Assembly (NCBI GenBank): GCA_965116875.1 | Contig: OZ220733.1 | Location: 2,720,001 to 2,784,000 of the forward strand | Length of the DNA stretch: 64,000 nt | Source of the DNA: Candidatus Latescibacterota bacterium | GTDB lineage: Bacteria > Latescibacterota > UBA2968 > GCA-2709665 | Direction: 5' to 3' | In this document: piece after piece, positions 19,757 through 28,712 of the stretch | How positions within the stretch are numbered: the first letter of the stretch is position 1 | Layout of the letters: every line of letters starts with the position of its first letter | Position numbers and translations under genes: made by a program | The notes under the pieces: model-generated | What the model was told of the DNA's origin: nothing | Seen by the model: only the letters and a program-made list of their open reading frames with translations | The model's database searches: none

Positions 19757-19870
19757 AGGGCGGGCAACCAAAAGGGTTGTCCCTACGCATTCAACAACGA
19801 CGCGGAAGGCAGAGGGTTCAATTCGTGGATGCCTGTTTATGTAGGGGCGTCCCTTGTGGGCGCCCGCCTT
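19757..19870. repeat. Pair of GTAG-type REP sequences in opposite orientation
   Basis: Minus strand 19786-19757 GTAGGGACAACCCTTTTGGTTGCCCGCCCT; plus strand 19841-19870 GTAGGGGCGTCCCTTGTGGGCGCCCGCCTT. Confidence 0.8.
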
Positions 19871-19877
19871 CCCGAAT

Positions 19878-20864
19878 TCATTCCATCGGAAATTTCAACC
19901 CGATCTGGTCGCGGATGGTATCCATGGTTCCCATGATATCGACGGTCTCATCCAGCGGGATCTCCTCGCTTTCAAGTTTCCCCTCGCGGAGATAACGGCC
20001 GACCGCTTCCGCCTGGCAGTTGTACCCGTTCCCGTCGTATGGGCGCTCGACGACCTCCTCTTTGCCGTCCCGCACCAGCGTCGCGGTGGTCCCGCGCCAG
20101 TATGGCGGATGAATGCGGATCATCCCATCGGTACCCATGATGTGCGCCCAGTGAGACGTGCTGCACTGGATGGACGTATACAGCATGGCCATGGCTCCCG
20201 CGTCGTATCCGAGCATCATCCCGGCCTGTTCGTCTACCTCCAACTCGCCGATGTGCCCCATGCTCAAAACGCGCGACGGTCTGCGTCCGAACACCATGGA
20301 AGCAAATGACAGCGAATAGATGCCCACGTCCATCAGCGCCCCGCCGCCCAGGGCCGGGTCATAGAGGCGGGACTTTGTCCTTCCGGGACGGGAGCCGAAC
20401 CCGAAGTCCGCCGAAACCATGCGGACGTCGCCGATGGCGCCGTCGCGCAGCCACTGCCTCACATGGTACATGATCGGCAGGAAGCGCGTCCACATGGCCT
20501 CCATCAGAAAGAGGCCCTCCTCCCGGGCAACCGTGACGATGCCGGCGGCTTCCGGACGATTGATCGCGAACGGTTTCTCGCACAGAACGGGTTTGCCCGC
20601 CCTCAGACACAGGATACTGTTCTCCCTGTGCAGGGAATGCGGCGTTGCAACGTAGATGACGTCCACGTCCGGGTCGTTCGCCAGGGCTTCATAACTCGGG
20701 TGCCGACGGGGAATGCCGAATTCGTCTCCGAATGCATCGGCAGCCTGTTGGGTCCGCGAACCCACGGCGACCGGCTCCGCGTCCCCAACCGCCTCCAGGC
20801 CCTTCACGAACGACCGTGCAATGGCCCCCGTGCTCAGGATGCCCCATCGGATTCTTTCGTCCAT
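19878..20864 (-). CDS. Gfo/Idh/MocA oxidoreductase
   Basis: WGILSTGAIA, YVATPHSLH, VLCEKPF, MEAMWTRF, GGALMDVGIY. Confidence 0.93.
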   Translation of the reverse strand: MDERIRWGILSTGAIARSFVKGLEAVGDAEPVAVGSRTQQAADAFGDEFGIPRRHPSYEALANDPDVDVIYVATPHSLHRENSILCLRAGKPVLCEKPFAINRPEAAGIVTVAREEGLFLMEAMWTRFLPIMYHVRQWLRDGAIGDVRMVSADFGFGSRPGRTKSRLYDPALGGGALMDVGIYSLSFASMVFGRRPSRVLSMGHIGELEVDEQAGMMLGYDAGAMAMLYTSIQCSTSHWAHIMGTDGMIRIHPPYWRGTTATLVRDGKEEVVERPYDGNGYNCQAEAVGRYLREGKLESEEIPLDETVDIMGTMDTIRDQIGLKFPME

Positions 20865-20936
20865 CTCTTCATCCTCTCTGTGATTCCCATGATCGTCGGG
20901 TTCTCGCGAACGGCCACGACGGAAGGACGGAAACGA

Positions 20937-22793
20937 TCATCCGCCGGCGCCGGGGGGTGTTCCGTCATCGTCCGCGGCCAGTACGCGGGGCGCCAGCTTC
21001 TCCAGCTGCGCCAACGGCTCCTCCAGGCTGCGGATCGCCTGCACCCAGAAGTCGGGCTGTTCGAGGTCGCTGTCGAGACTTCGCTTCGCCACGTTCTCCG
21101 CAGTGTCGCTGCCCGTCAACCGCAGAAAGCGCTCGTAACGGGGCAGGAAGTCCGGGCCCTCCCTCCTGAACATGGCATAGAGCCCCCGGCTCAACAGATA
21201 GCCGAATGTATACGGAAAATTGTAAAACGTGACTCCTGTAATGTAGAAATGCAGCTTGGATGCCCAGAACAAGGGGTCCTCTTCCCCCTCCTGCAGCACG
21301 TCGCCGAGTACTTCGCGCTGCTTGCCGGTCATCAGCGCTTTCAGCTGAGACACACTCAACTCTCCGCTGCCGCGCTCCTCGTACAGGGCTTTTTCGAACT
21401 CGAACCGGACCGGAATGTCCAACAGATAGGTGCCCCCGTGGCCCACCTCCGAATCCAGGACCACGGCCTTCTGCAACGCATCCACGTCCGGGTCCGAAAG
21501 GACGCCGTCGGCCAGAATCATCTCGGCGAAGGTGGAGGCGGACTCCGCCAGCGTCATCGGGTAATGCCTTGCAAACGGCCGCAAGTCGCGCATCACGTGG
21601 CTGTGAAACGCGTGCCCGGCCTCGTGCGCGAGCGTCAACGTGTCTCCCATGGTGCGGTTGTACGTCATGAAGATCCGCGACTCGGAGATCATCGGCGATC
21701 CCGTGCAAAAACCGCCGGGACGCTTTCCCGCGCGCGGTTCATAGTCGATCCACCGCCTGTCGTACATATCCCGGGTAAAGCTCCCCAGGGCCGGGTAAGC
21801 CGTGGCGAATGCGCCCTGTACCAGGGATTTGCCCTCATCCCAATCCATGGGCGACACGTCGGGAAAGGGCAGGGGGGCGCCAAGGTCGAACCAGGCCACG
21901 TTTTCCAGGCCCATCGCCGTCGCCCTGAAGCGCTGGATCCGGCGCCCCACCTCGATTTCGGAAAAAATCGCGTCGAACATCGCATCCAGCGTCTTTCGCG
22001 AAATCGCGGACTGGAACAGGGCCACCTCGAGAAAATGCGGGACCTCGCGGTAGCGATTCATGGTCAGCCGCGTGCCGGATATTGCGTTCAGCGCTGCCGC
22101 CGCCACGTCTTCCACGCTTTCCCACGCGGCGTTGCCCCCGTCGAACGCAGCCCGCCGGACCCGCCGGTCCGGATTCTCCATCAGCGACCGGCGCTGGGAG
22201 ACGGGCACCCTCTCCTCCCGTCCGTCGGGAAACCGCATATCGAATTCCAGCTTTCCGGACAGGGTATCGTAAAGCCGGCCCCACGCCGAGATACCGTCCA
22301 CCCTCAGGTCGGCCGCCAGCGCCTCGCGCGCCGAATCCATGGTATACTTGGCCTCGCGGCGCATCCGGCCCAGAAGGTACCCCGCGTCCGAAAGCGACTC
22401 CCGGCCCGCGAGCGCCTCGAAGCTGCCGTCGGACGCCGTCTTCAATCCCCTCAGCAGCTCCGTCTGAAGCTTGGTGGCCTCGGCGTATTGCAGCGTCAAC
22501 GCGGCCTCTTCCTTCAGATACGCCTCGTTTCGCGCGTCGGCAGCCGTCAGACATCCCACGTAGGAGGCCACGTGACGCAGCCGTGTAAAAAGGTCCTCGC
22601 TTCGGAGGAAGATTTCCTCCCAGGTTTCAACATTACCCTCGTCCAGCGGCTCCAGATCCTTTGCCGTATCCAGCAGATCCCGTGTATCCGTCTCCAGGGC
22701 ATTCTTGAACTTCACCATCTCCGGCCCGTTGAACGCCGGGAAATAGCTCGACAGATCCCAGTTCATTTCCGTTTCCGGTGCAGTCTCCACCAT
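20937..22793 (-). CDS. pepF: M3B oligoendopeptidase F
   Basis: WDLSSYF, GKRPGGFC, TLAHEAGHAFH (HExxH), LAESASTFAE, FYNFPYTFG. Confidence 0.92.
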   Translation of the reverse strand: MVETAPETEMNWDLSSYFPAFNGPEMVKFKNALETDTRDLLDTAKDLEPLDEGNVETWEEIFLRSEDLFTRLRHVASYVGCLTAADARNEAYLKEEAALTLQYAEATKLQTELLRGLKTASDGSFEALAGRESLSDAGYLLGRMRREAKYTMDSAREALAADLRVDGISAWGRLYDTLSGKLEFDMRFPDGREERVPVSQRRSLMENPDRRVRRAAFDGGNAAWESVEDVAAAALNAISGTRLTMNRYREVPHFLEVALFQSAISRKTLDAMFDAIFSEIEVGRRIQRFRATAMGLENVAWFDLGAPLPFPDVSPMDWDEGKSLVQGAFATAYPALGSFTRDMYDRRWIDYEPRAGKRPGGFCTGSPMISESRIFMTYNRTMGDTLTLAHEAGHAFHSHVMRDLRPFARHYPMTLAESASTFAEMILADGVLSDPDVDALQKAVVLDSEVGHGGTYLLDIPVRFEFEKALYEERGSGELSVSQLKALMTGKQREVLGDVLQEGEEDPLFWASKLHFYITGVTFYNFPYTFGYLLSRGLYAMFRREGPDFLPRYERFLRLTGSDTAENVAKRSLDSDLEQPDFWVQAIRSLEEPLAQLEKLAPRVLAADDDGTPPGAGG

Positions 22794-22804
22794 ACGTCAA
22801 ATCC

Positions 22805-23944
22805 TCAAGGTTCGAGTTTCACGCCCAGAATCCTTGCCGCGGTTCCCCCCATGATCATCCGCAGTTCGTCCGCGCTCAAGAACGCGCAGTAATTCTCAAT
22901 CCACCGCCTCGACTGCCTGTACGTACAGAACCGGTTCTGGAACGGCATATCCGTGCCCCAGTTCAGGTGGTCCGCGCCCACGTTGGCGACCATGGCCTCC
23001 AGCACCGGCCGCGCCTCCCGGTACGGAAAGTCGAACCAGTCTCCGATTCGAACCGGGAAGCAGACCTCGAGATTGCAGTTCGGGTTCTCGAACGGCAGCC
23101 AGATCTCCCGCGGCATCGGCTGGAATTCACCGTCCGAGACGAACGCACGCCAGGGAAATCCGTGCGTCAGGTTCACGATCGTATTGGGATAGCGTTCCAT
23201 CCAGCGGACCAGGACCTTCTGCTCGTCCAGGTAGCCCTGACGGGCGCCGTCCGGCGTCATCCGGCGCGTCACGTCGCCCGGTCCGGACCCAAGCGTAAAG
23301 AAAACCGGCACGCCGAACGAGGTTGCCGCATCCCAGAACGGCCGGCAGGATGCCGCGTCCCACGGTTCGGTGGCGCCGAAGTAGGCCGGCCGGGCGTTGA
23401 ACTTGATCGCATGGAGTCCATGGTCCTGAATGGCTGTCCGGAGTTCCTCAATGACCGCGTCCGTCTCGGTCCGGATGCGCCACTCGTCCACGGGCGCCAT
23501 GGACCGGAGCCGGTCCGGGTATTGACGCACGCAGCCGGCGAGGAATTCGCTGTTGCGGGTCAGCATCGGGTTCGTGTGGATGAGCGCCATGTCCACGTCC
23601 GCGTAATCCATCTCCGCGATCAGGCTGTGCGGCGTGAATTCCAGGTTCCTCAAATTGGGCGGATAGAACTGTTTCGTATAATCCTCCCCGTCGATCGTCC
23701 AGACGACCCGCCCTTTGCGGCCGTCCACGCGGAAGTTCACGTCGGGCAGATCGCTCCAGGACTCGTAATCCGTCGGGATCAGTCCGTCCGAAGTCGCCGC
23801 CGCCCGGTCCCGCACGCGCCAGGCCGGCTGATGGTGCAGGCCCTGGGCCTCCTGGACCCATTTCAGGTGCGCCGCGCTGTCTTCGAACCCGGCCGGATCG
23901 TCCCCCGGCTCGAAACAATAGGCGTGGGAATCAAATATCATCAA
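22805..23944 (-). CDS. Amidohydrolase_2 family metallo-hydrolase
   Basis: FDSHAY, LIAEMDYADVD, THG, WGTDMPF. Confidence 0.85.
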   Translation of the reverse strand: MMIFDSHAYCFEPGDDPAGFEDSAAHLKWVQEAQGLHHQPAWRVRDRAAATSDGLIPTDYESWSDLPDVNFRVDGRKGRVVWTIDGEDYTKQFYPPNLRNLEFTPHSLIAEMDYADVDMALIHTNPMLTRNSEFLAGCVRQYPDRLRSMAPVDEWRIRTETDAVIEELRTAIQDHGLHAIKFNARPAYFGATEPWDAASCRPFWDAATSFGVPVFFTLGSGPGDVTRRMTPDGARQGYLDEQKVLVRWMERYPNTIVNLTHGFPWRAFVSDGEFQPMPREIWLPFENPNCNLEVCFPVRIGDWFDFPYREARPVLEAMVANVGADHLNWGTDMPFQNRFCTYRQSRRWIENYCAFLSADELRMIMGGTAARILGVKLEP

Positions 23945-23957
23945 AACGCTCCTCTAC

Positions 23958-24758
23958 CTATGCCGCGACCTGGTCGGGCATCAATGCGCCGTCACCGAAG
24001 ATCATCGAAAACGACGACTTTCGACTGGAACGGGTTCGCGCGTCGATATAGCAGACACTGAACGCCCGCCTGGGAATATCCATCCGGTTTACCCCCGACC
24101 GGTGCAGCAACCAGTTGTGCAGGATCACGACCTCGCCCGGCTCCATCGTCAGGTCGACGATCCCGTCTTCGGGACAGTATATCCGTTCCTGTTCGTCCGT
24201 AATGGTATGTCCCTGCTCGCTCAGAATCCCCAGTTGATGGGAACCCGGCACCACCTGTACGCAACCGTTTTCAGTGGTGGCCGGGTCCAGCGCCGTCCAG
24301 ACCGTGACCAGCGGGTCCCGGTCCAGGTGCCACGAACCCCCGCCGTCCTGATGCCACGGCAGGTCCGAGCCCTGCTGCGCCGGTTTGTTCATGAACATGG
24401 CCCGGAAACAGGCGATCGAGGCATGGGCGCCGTAGACGTACGCGCAGGTCTCCCTGAAAACGGGTTTCATCATGTAGGCCAGAAACAACGTGTCGAACTC
24501 GAGTCCCTGGATCTTCCGGTAACCCAGACTCGCGCCCTGATGGCCGATTCCGCCGCCCTTCACCTCCTCGTATCGGTCGGTGTTCGTATCCAGTTGCATC
24601 GTCAGACGGTTGTAATCCAGCGGCGCCCGGCCCAGCATGATTTCGTCGATCCGTTGCTGCAGCCCCGCCAGTTCCCCGCTGCTGCACTGTGTGCCGATTT
24701 TGAGGAAACCGTTCCGGTGGTAATCGTTCCACTGCTCCTGCGTGATGATCCGCTGCAT
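23958..24758 (-). CDS. Phytanoyl-CoA dioxygenase (PhyH) family
   Basis: PWHQD, TVWTALD.AT.ENGC..VVPGSH, LLHRSG.N...RR. Confidence 0.92.
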   Translation of the reverse strand: MQRIITQEQWNDYHRNGFLKIGTQCSSGELAGLQQRIDEIMLGRAPLDYNRLTMQLDTNTDRYEEVKGGGIGHQGASLGYRKIQGLEFDTLFLAYMMKPVFRETCAYVYGAHASIACFRAMFMNKPAQQGSDLPWHQDGGGSWHLDRDPLVTVWTALDPATTENGCVQVVPGSHQLGILSEQGHTITDEQERIYCPEDGIVDLTMEPGEVVILHNWLLHRSGVNRMDIPRRAFSVCYIDARTRSSRKSSFSMIFGDGALMPDQVAA

Positions 24759-24830
24759 AAGGATATCCCCCGGTGTAAACTGAATAAACGCTCGAATCCG
24801 AGCGGTTGATTCGGCAGGTAAAATCCGACG

Positions 24831-26405
24831 TTACGTAGCCATTGCCAGCCGGTCACGCACGACCTGCTTTCGGATCTTGCCAACGGACGTCCTTGGCAGC
24901 GCATCCACGAATTCGATCCTGTCGGGGACCTTGAACGCCGCGAGCCGTTTCGCACAATAGGTACGTAACGCATCCTCGCATAGATCCGCACCCGCTTTCG
25001 GAACGACCGCCGCGACGACCCGTTCGTCCCGAATCTCATCGGGAAGGCCCACCACGCAGACGTCCACAACGCCCACGAACTCCTGAATGACCCCTTCCAC
25101 TTCGATACTGGAGATATTCTCTCCCGCCCGCCTGATCAAGTCCTTGCCGCGGTCCATAAAATACAGAAATCCGTCTCCATCCGCCCGTACTGTATCCCCG
25201 GAATACAGCCAGGTCCCGTCCGGTCCGTTTCGCAGGGTTTCGGCAGTTGCCCCCGGATTCTTCAGATATCCCAGCATGATCGTTCTTCCGGGGATCCCCT
25301 TTACAATTACCTCGCCCGGCGCGCCGGCATCGACCTCCCGATCCTGTTCGTCAACCACCTTCACTTCGTAACCCCGCACAGGCTTTCCCATTGCCACGAG
25401 GTTGCGTTCGCCCGTCAACGGACTCATGACGGGCAGCCCGCAGGTTTCGGTCATTCCCCACAACTGCTGCAGGGACGCTCTGAATCTCCGATGCCAGGTT
25501 GCGTACTGGGCCGAGGTCAGATTCTGAGCGAAGGTGACGTTGCGGATCCCGTGTGCAGCGTCGGTCCTTCGCTCCGGCTGGTTCAGCAGCATCCGCAGCA
25601 ATGCCCCGAACAGGGCGGCCATGGTGCAACCGTATTCAATGGCCTGCTCGAAGAACCGGCTTGCGCTGAAACGGGACATCACGGCCACACTCGCGCCGGT
25701 TGCAAGACACGGCCACAACGCGTGGCATTGCGCCCCGGCGTGAAAGAGGGGAAGCGCCAACAGGTGCCGGTCGTCACGTCGCAGACCCGAACCCGCGGCG
25801 AACACTTCCGCGCCATAGACGAAATTGGCATTGGTCAGCATCACGCCCTTGGGCCGCGAAGTTGTACCGGACGTATAGAGGAGTTGCACCACGCGTTCCG
25901 CCCGTCCGTGCCCTTTCGGCGGCTCGACGCTCTGCCCGGACAGCGCTTCTTCATAGACCGGGTATCCGCCGGGCAACGCATCTCCCGTATCACACACGAC
26001 GCTAGGGATTCCCGAATGCGCCGCAACTTCGTCCGTCACCTCCAGGCATGCCGCTTCCGTAAATATCGCCTTGCTTTCCGAATGGGCGACCAGGTACGCC
26101 AGTTCGTCCGTTGTCGAGGCCGGATTCGTGGGCATCACCGTGGCCCCCAGGTACGATGCGGCAAGGATCAGCTGTGCGCAGGCCGGATGGTTGGACAGGT
26201 GCAGATTGAAGACGTCTCCCGCGCGGATTCCCAGTTCACGCAACAGATTGGCCGCCTGATGGATGCTCTCCAGGAACGCGGCATAAGACCACCGGAATAC
26301 CCGCCCGTCTCCCCGTTCGTACACCATCCACTCCCGGTCCGGCTGCTTCCCGGCAAAACCCGCGAAATCGCCGTAGAGCGTCCGGTCCGCCGCAACGTCG
26401 ATCAT
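24831..26405 (-). CDS. Acyl-CoA ligase (CaiC-like AMP-binding enzyme)
   Basis: YTSGTTSRPKGV, WGMTET, SGD, DRGKDLIRRAGENISS, LPRTSVGK. Start placed at MIDVAAD, overlapping the upstream stop. Confidence 0.9.
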   Translation of the reverse strand: MIDVAADRTLYGDFAGFAGKQPDREWMVYERGDGRVFRWSYAAFLESIHQAANLLRELGIRAGDVFNLHLSNHPACAQLILAASYLGATVMPTNPASTTDELAYLVAHSESKAIFTEAACLEVTDEVAAHSGIPSVVCDTGDALPGGYPVYEEALSGQSVEPPKGHGRAERVVQLLYTSGTTSRPKGVMLTNANFVYGAEVFAAGSGLRRDDRHLLALPLFHAGAQCHALWPCLATGASVAVMSRFSASRFFEQAIEYGCTMAALFGALLRMLLNQPERRTDAAHGIRNVTFAQNLTSAQYATWHRRFRASLQQLWGMTETCGLPVMSPLTGERNLVAMGKPVRGYEVKVVDEQDREVDAGAPGEVIVKGIPGRTIMLGYLKNPGATAETLRNGPDGTWLYSGDTVRADGDGFLYFMDRGKDLIRRAGENISSIEVEGVIQEFVGVVDVCVVGLPDEIRDERVVAAVVPKAGADLCEDALRTYCAKRLAAFKVPDRIEFVDALPRTSVGKIRKQVVRDRLAMAT

Positions 26406-27154
26406 CGGTCCTTCTTCCGTGCCATGAACGCCGCCATGTTTGCGCGGGCCTCCTCTGTTTCGAAACAGGCTTCGAACGCTTCGGATGCGGCGGCGTCCCA
26501 CCTTGCGTCGCGAGCGGAGGATATCCGGTTCAGCAGGCGCCTGGTCTCTCTCAATGCCGCCGGAGGAAACGACGCGAGGCGCAACGCAAACGTCCGGACA
26601 CGGTCGCGCAACGCGTCGTCGGCGACGCATTCGTGCACCAGTCCCAGACCCTTCGCCTCCTCGCCGGTCACCGTTTCGCAGCCCATCGCGATCCACCGCG
26701 CGGCCGCCCCGCCGGCCGCGTCGACCAGCCGTCCCAGCCCCCAGGGCGGCGTCCATCCCAATTCCACCTCCGGCATCCCCAGCCTTGCCGATTCCGATGC
26801 GATCCGGAAGTCATGGTACGCCGCGAGTCCCACCCCGCCACCCAGGACGTGGCCGTGCAGCATCGCGATCGAAGGCTGCTGAATGTCATCCAGTTTGGCG
26901 AATGCATCCGCATGCAACCGTTCCGCCTCCGCGGCCCCCTCAGCAGTCAACGGCGCCAGCTCTTTCAGATCGCTGCCGGCGCAAAACGCCCGGCCCGCGC
27001 CGCCCGTCACCACAACCCGCACGTCTTTGCGACCGCGGATCCCGTCGAGGTGGCCGCCGAACGCGCGCACACTGTCAAGATCCATCGCATTCAGCACTTC
27101 GGGCCGGTTCAACGTCAGCCACGCGATTCCGTTTTCGATCGTCAGGTCGATCAT
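26402..27154 (-). CDS. Enoyl-CoA hydratase/isomerase family
   Basis: LNRPEVLNA, AFCAGSDL, GHVLGGG, GMPEVELG. Confidence 0.92.
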   Translation of the reverse strand: MIDLTIENGIAWLTLNRPEVLNAMDLDSVRAFGGHLDGIRGRKDVRVVVTGGAGRAFCAGSDLKELAPLTAEGAAEAERLHADAFAKLDDIQQPSIAMLHGHVLGGGVGLAAYHDFRIASESARLGMPEVELGWTPPWGLGRLVDAAGGAAARWIAMGCETVTGEEAKGLGLVHECVADDALRDRVRTFALRLASFPPAALRETRRLLNRISSARDARWDAAASEAFEACFETEEARANMAAFMARKKDR

Positions 27155-27252
27155 TTAACGTAAGACCGGATTTTACATGGATGGACAGGAAAAAAACCAC
27201 CATACAACATCACACTGACCAATCAGATTCCGCATTTCTTCTACCGTCTTCC

Positions 27253-27319
27253 CTCTACCCTCTACCCGCTTTCAGGCTCTTTGTGGCCAATTTGATGGTT
27301 GTTTTTTTGATTCGAGGTT
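27253..27319. repeat. Dispersed repeat, copy 1 (copy 2 inverted at 36938-37006)
   Basis: CTCTACC.TCTACCCGC.TTC.GGCTCTTTGTGGCC.ATTTGAT.GTTGT.TTTTT...GAGGTT is shared by both copies. Confidence 0.8.
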
Positions 27320-27333
27320 AAATCATGCACGTC

Positions 27334-27828
27334 CTATACGTGTTTTTTCGGATAATCGTACGACACCGTCCTGCCGATGCCGACCGCAATGCTCGCCCAG
27401 GAGTCAACCTCCAGATCCACGCAAAAGACGGCGCACGTTGGCATATAAACGCTGGAATCCGAAGCCAGGTAGCCGGCCAGGTCCGAGAAGCCCGGATTGT
27501 GGCCCACCATGATCACCTCGTCGCAAGCGTCCGGGATCTTCCGCACGACGGCAAGCAGGTCGTACAGGCTCGCATCGTAGATCGTCATTTCCTTGACGAT
27601 CTTTCCGGCAGGGAAGCCCACTGCCTTCGCGATCTCGCGGGCTGTCTTGACGGCACGTCGTGCGGGACTGGAGACGATCATATCCGGATGCGCGCCGCCT
27701 TTTTTCAAACGCGCGCCCATAAACGGCGCGTCCCGTTTGCCCCGCTTGTTCAACGGGCGTTCGAAATCGCCAAGCGCCGGATCGCTCCAACTGGACTTTG
27801 CGTGTCGAATCACATATAGCCGCTTCAT
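27334..27828 (-). CDS. sixA: SixA-like phosphohistidine phosphatase
   Basis: IRHAKSSW, DFERPLNKRG, SSPARRA..TA, VGHNPG, MPTCA. Confidence 0.88.
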   Translation of the reverse strand: MKRLYVIRHAKSSWSDPALGDFERPLNKRGKRDAPFMGARLKKGGAHPDMIVSSPARRAVKTAREIAKAVGFPAGKIVKEMTIYDASLYDLLAVVRKIPDACDEVIMVGHNPGFSDLAGYLASDSSVYMPTCAVFCVDLEVDSWASIAVGIGRTVSYDYPKKHV

Positions 27829-27848
27829 AGGTTAACGCCTCCAAAGCC

Positions 27849-28145
27849 AGGAGAGAGGAAAGAGGAGTGAGGAGTGAAGAGCGAGGAGAGAGAAAAGAGG
27901 AGTGAGGAGTGAGTAAAGATAAAAAGCGGATCGGGAAACGCGAAAGGAAAGAGGACTGAGAGGCCTTTGCCTCGCCTTCTCTCTTATCTCACTACTCTCC
28001 GCTCTCTCCTCGCCTTTTGCCTTCTCTCTTATCTCACTACTCTCCGCTCTCTCCTCGCCTTTTGCCTTCTCTCTTATCTCACTACTCTCCGCTCTCTCCT
28101 CGCCTTTTGCCTTCTCTCTTATCTCACTTCTCTACACTCTCTCCT
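27849..28145. repeat. Purine tract plus a 45-nt tandem array (about 3.8 units) downstream of the four-helix-bundle gene
   Basis: Unit CCTTCTCTCTTATCTCACTACTCTCCGCTCTCTCCTCGCCTTTTG from 27975, preceded by a partly complementary GAGGAGTGAG-rich tract at 27849-27912. Confidence 0.92.
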
Positions 28146-28502
28146 CTACTTCTCTGCCCTGTTCCTGCGACGCATCGTCGTTAACATCCGACTCACTTCG
28201 TCCAGCAGCGATCGTAGTGTCTGGGTCTCCTTCGTTGGGAACCAACCCAGATCTTCGCATAGTGTCAGCAAGGTTTCCGTCTCGGCTAGGGACCCCTGAG
28301 CGATTGCCAGAAAATTCGCTTTGTCCTTCGTTGTCTCCCGCGTCCAACCCTCCGCGATGTTCGCTGGAATCGAGACTGCCGAGCGCGTGATCTGAGAGCG
28401 CATTCCGTAGGTCTCTTCCCGAGGCAGTCGGGGCGTCAGACGATACACTTCGCGTGCTGCCTCCATCGCCTTCCGCCACAGAATCGTCTCTCGATAGTGC
28501 AT
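28146..28502 (-). CDS. Four-helix-bundle protein (23S rRNA-IVP / TIGR02436-like)
   Basis: YRETILWRKAM...VYRLT..LPREETYGMRSQITRSAVSIPANIAEG...FLAIAQGSLAETET. Confidence 0.92.
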   Translation of the reverse strand: MHYRETILWRKAMEAAREVYRLTPRLPREETYGMRSQITRSAVSIPANIAEGWTRETTKDKANFLAIAQGSLAETETLLTLCEDLGWFPTKETQTLRSLLDEVSRMLTTMRRRNRAEK

Positions 28503-28539
28503 GCTCAGTTCCTTCCCCCTCCCGCCTCGACTTCCCCCC

Positions 28540-28712
28540 TCTTATCTCACTACTCTTCACTCTCTCCTCGCCTTTTGCCTTCTCTCTTTTCTCACTTCTC
28601 TCCGCACTCTCCTCGCCTTTTGCCTTCTCTCTTATCTCACTACTCTTCACTCTCTCCTCGCCTTTTGCCTTCTCTCTTTTCTCACTACTCTTCACTCTCT
28701 CCTCGCCTTTTC
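28540..28712. repeat. 45-nt tandem array (about 3.8 units) upstream of the four-helix-bundle gene
   Basis: Same unit and orientation as 27975-28145, with point variants; contains the stop codon of gene 28685..29596. Confidence 0.92.

Noticed and set aside
20463-22892. Long antisense ORFs (809 aa here; also 16328..18043, 39278..40783, 60145..61779, 61776..63929)
   Set aside because: Shadow ORFs opposite well-supported genes in GC-rich DNA, with no recognisable motifs.
24831-26756. 641-aa extended CoA ligase
   Set aside because: The extra N-terminal 116 aa overlap the enoyl-CoA hydratase gene; the start at 26405 gives normal translational coupling.
27975-28712. CRISPR array
   Set aside because: The 45-nt units are contiguous with no unique spacers, and no cas genes are present.
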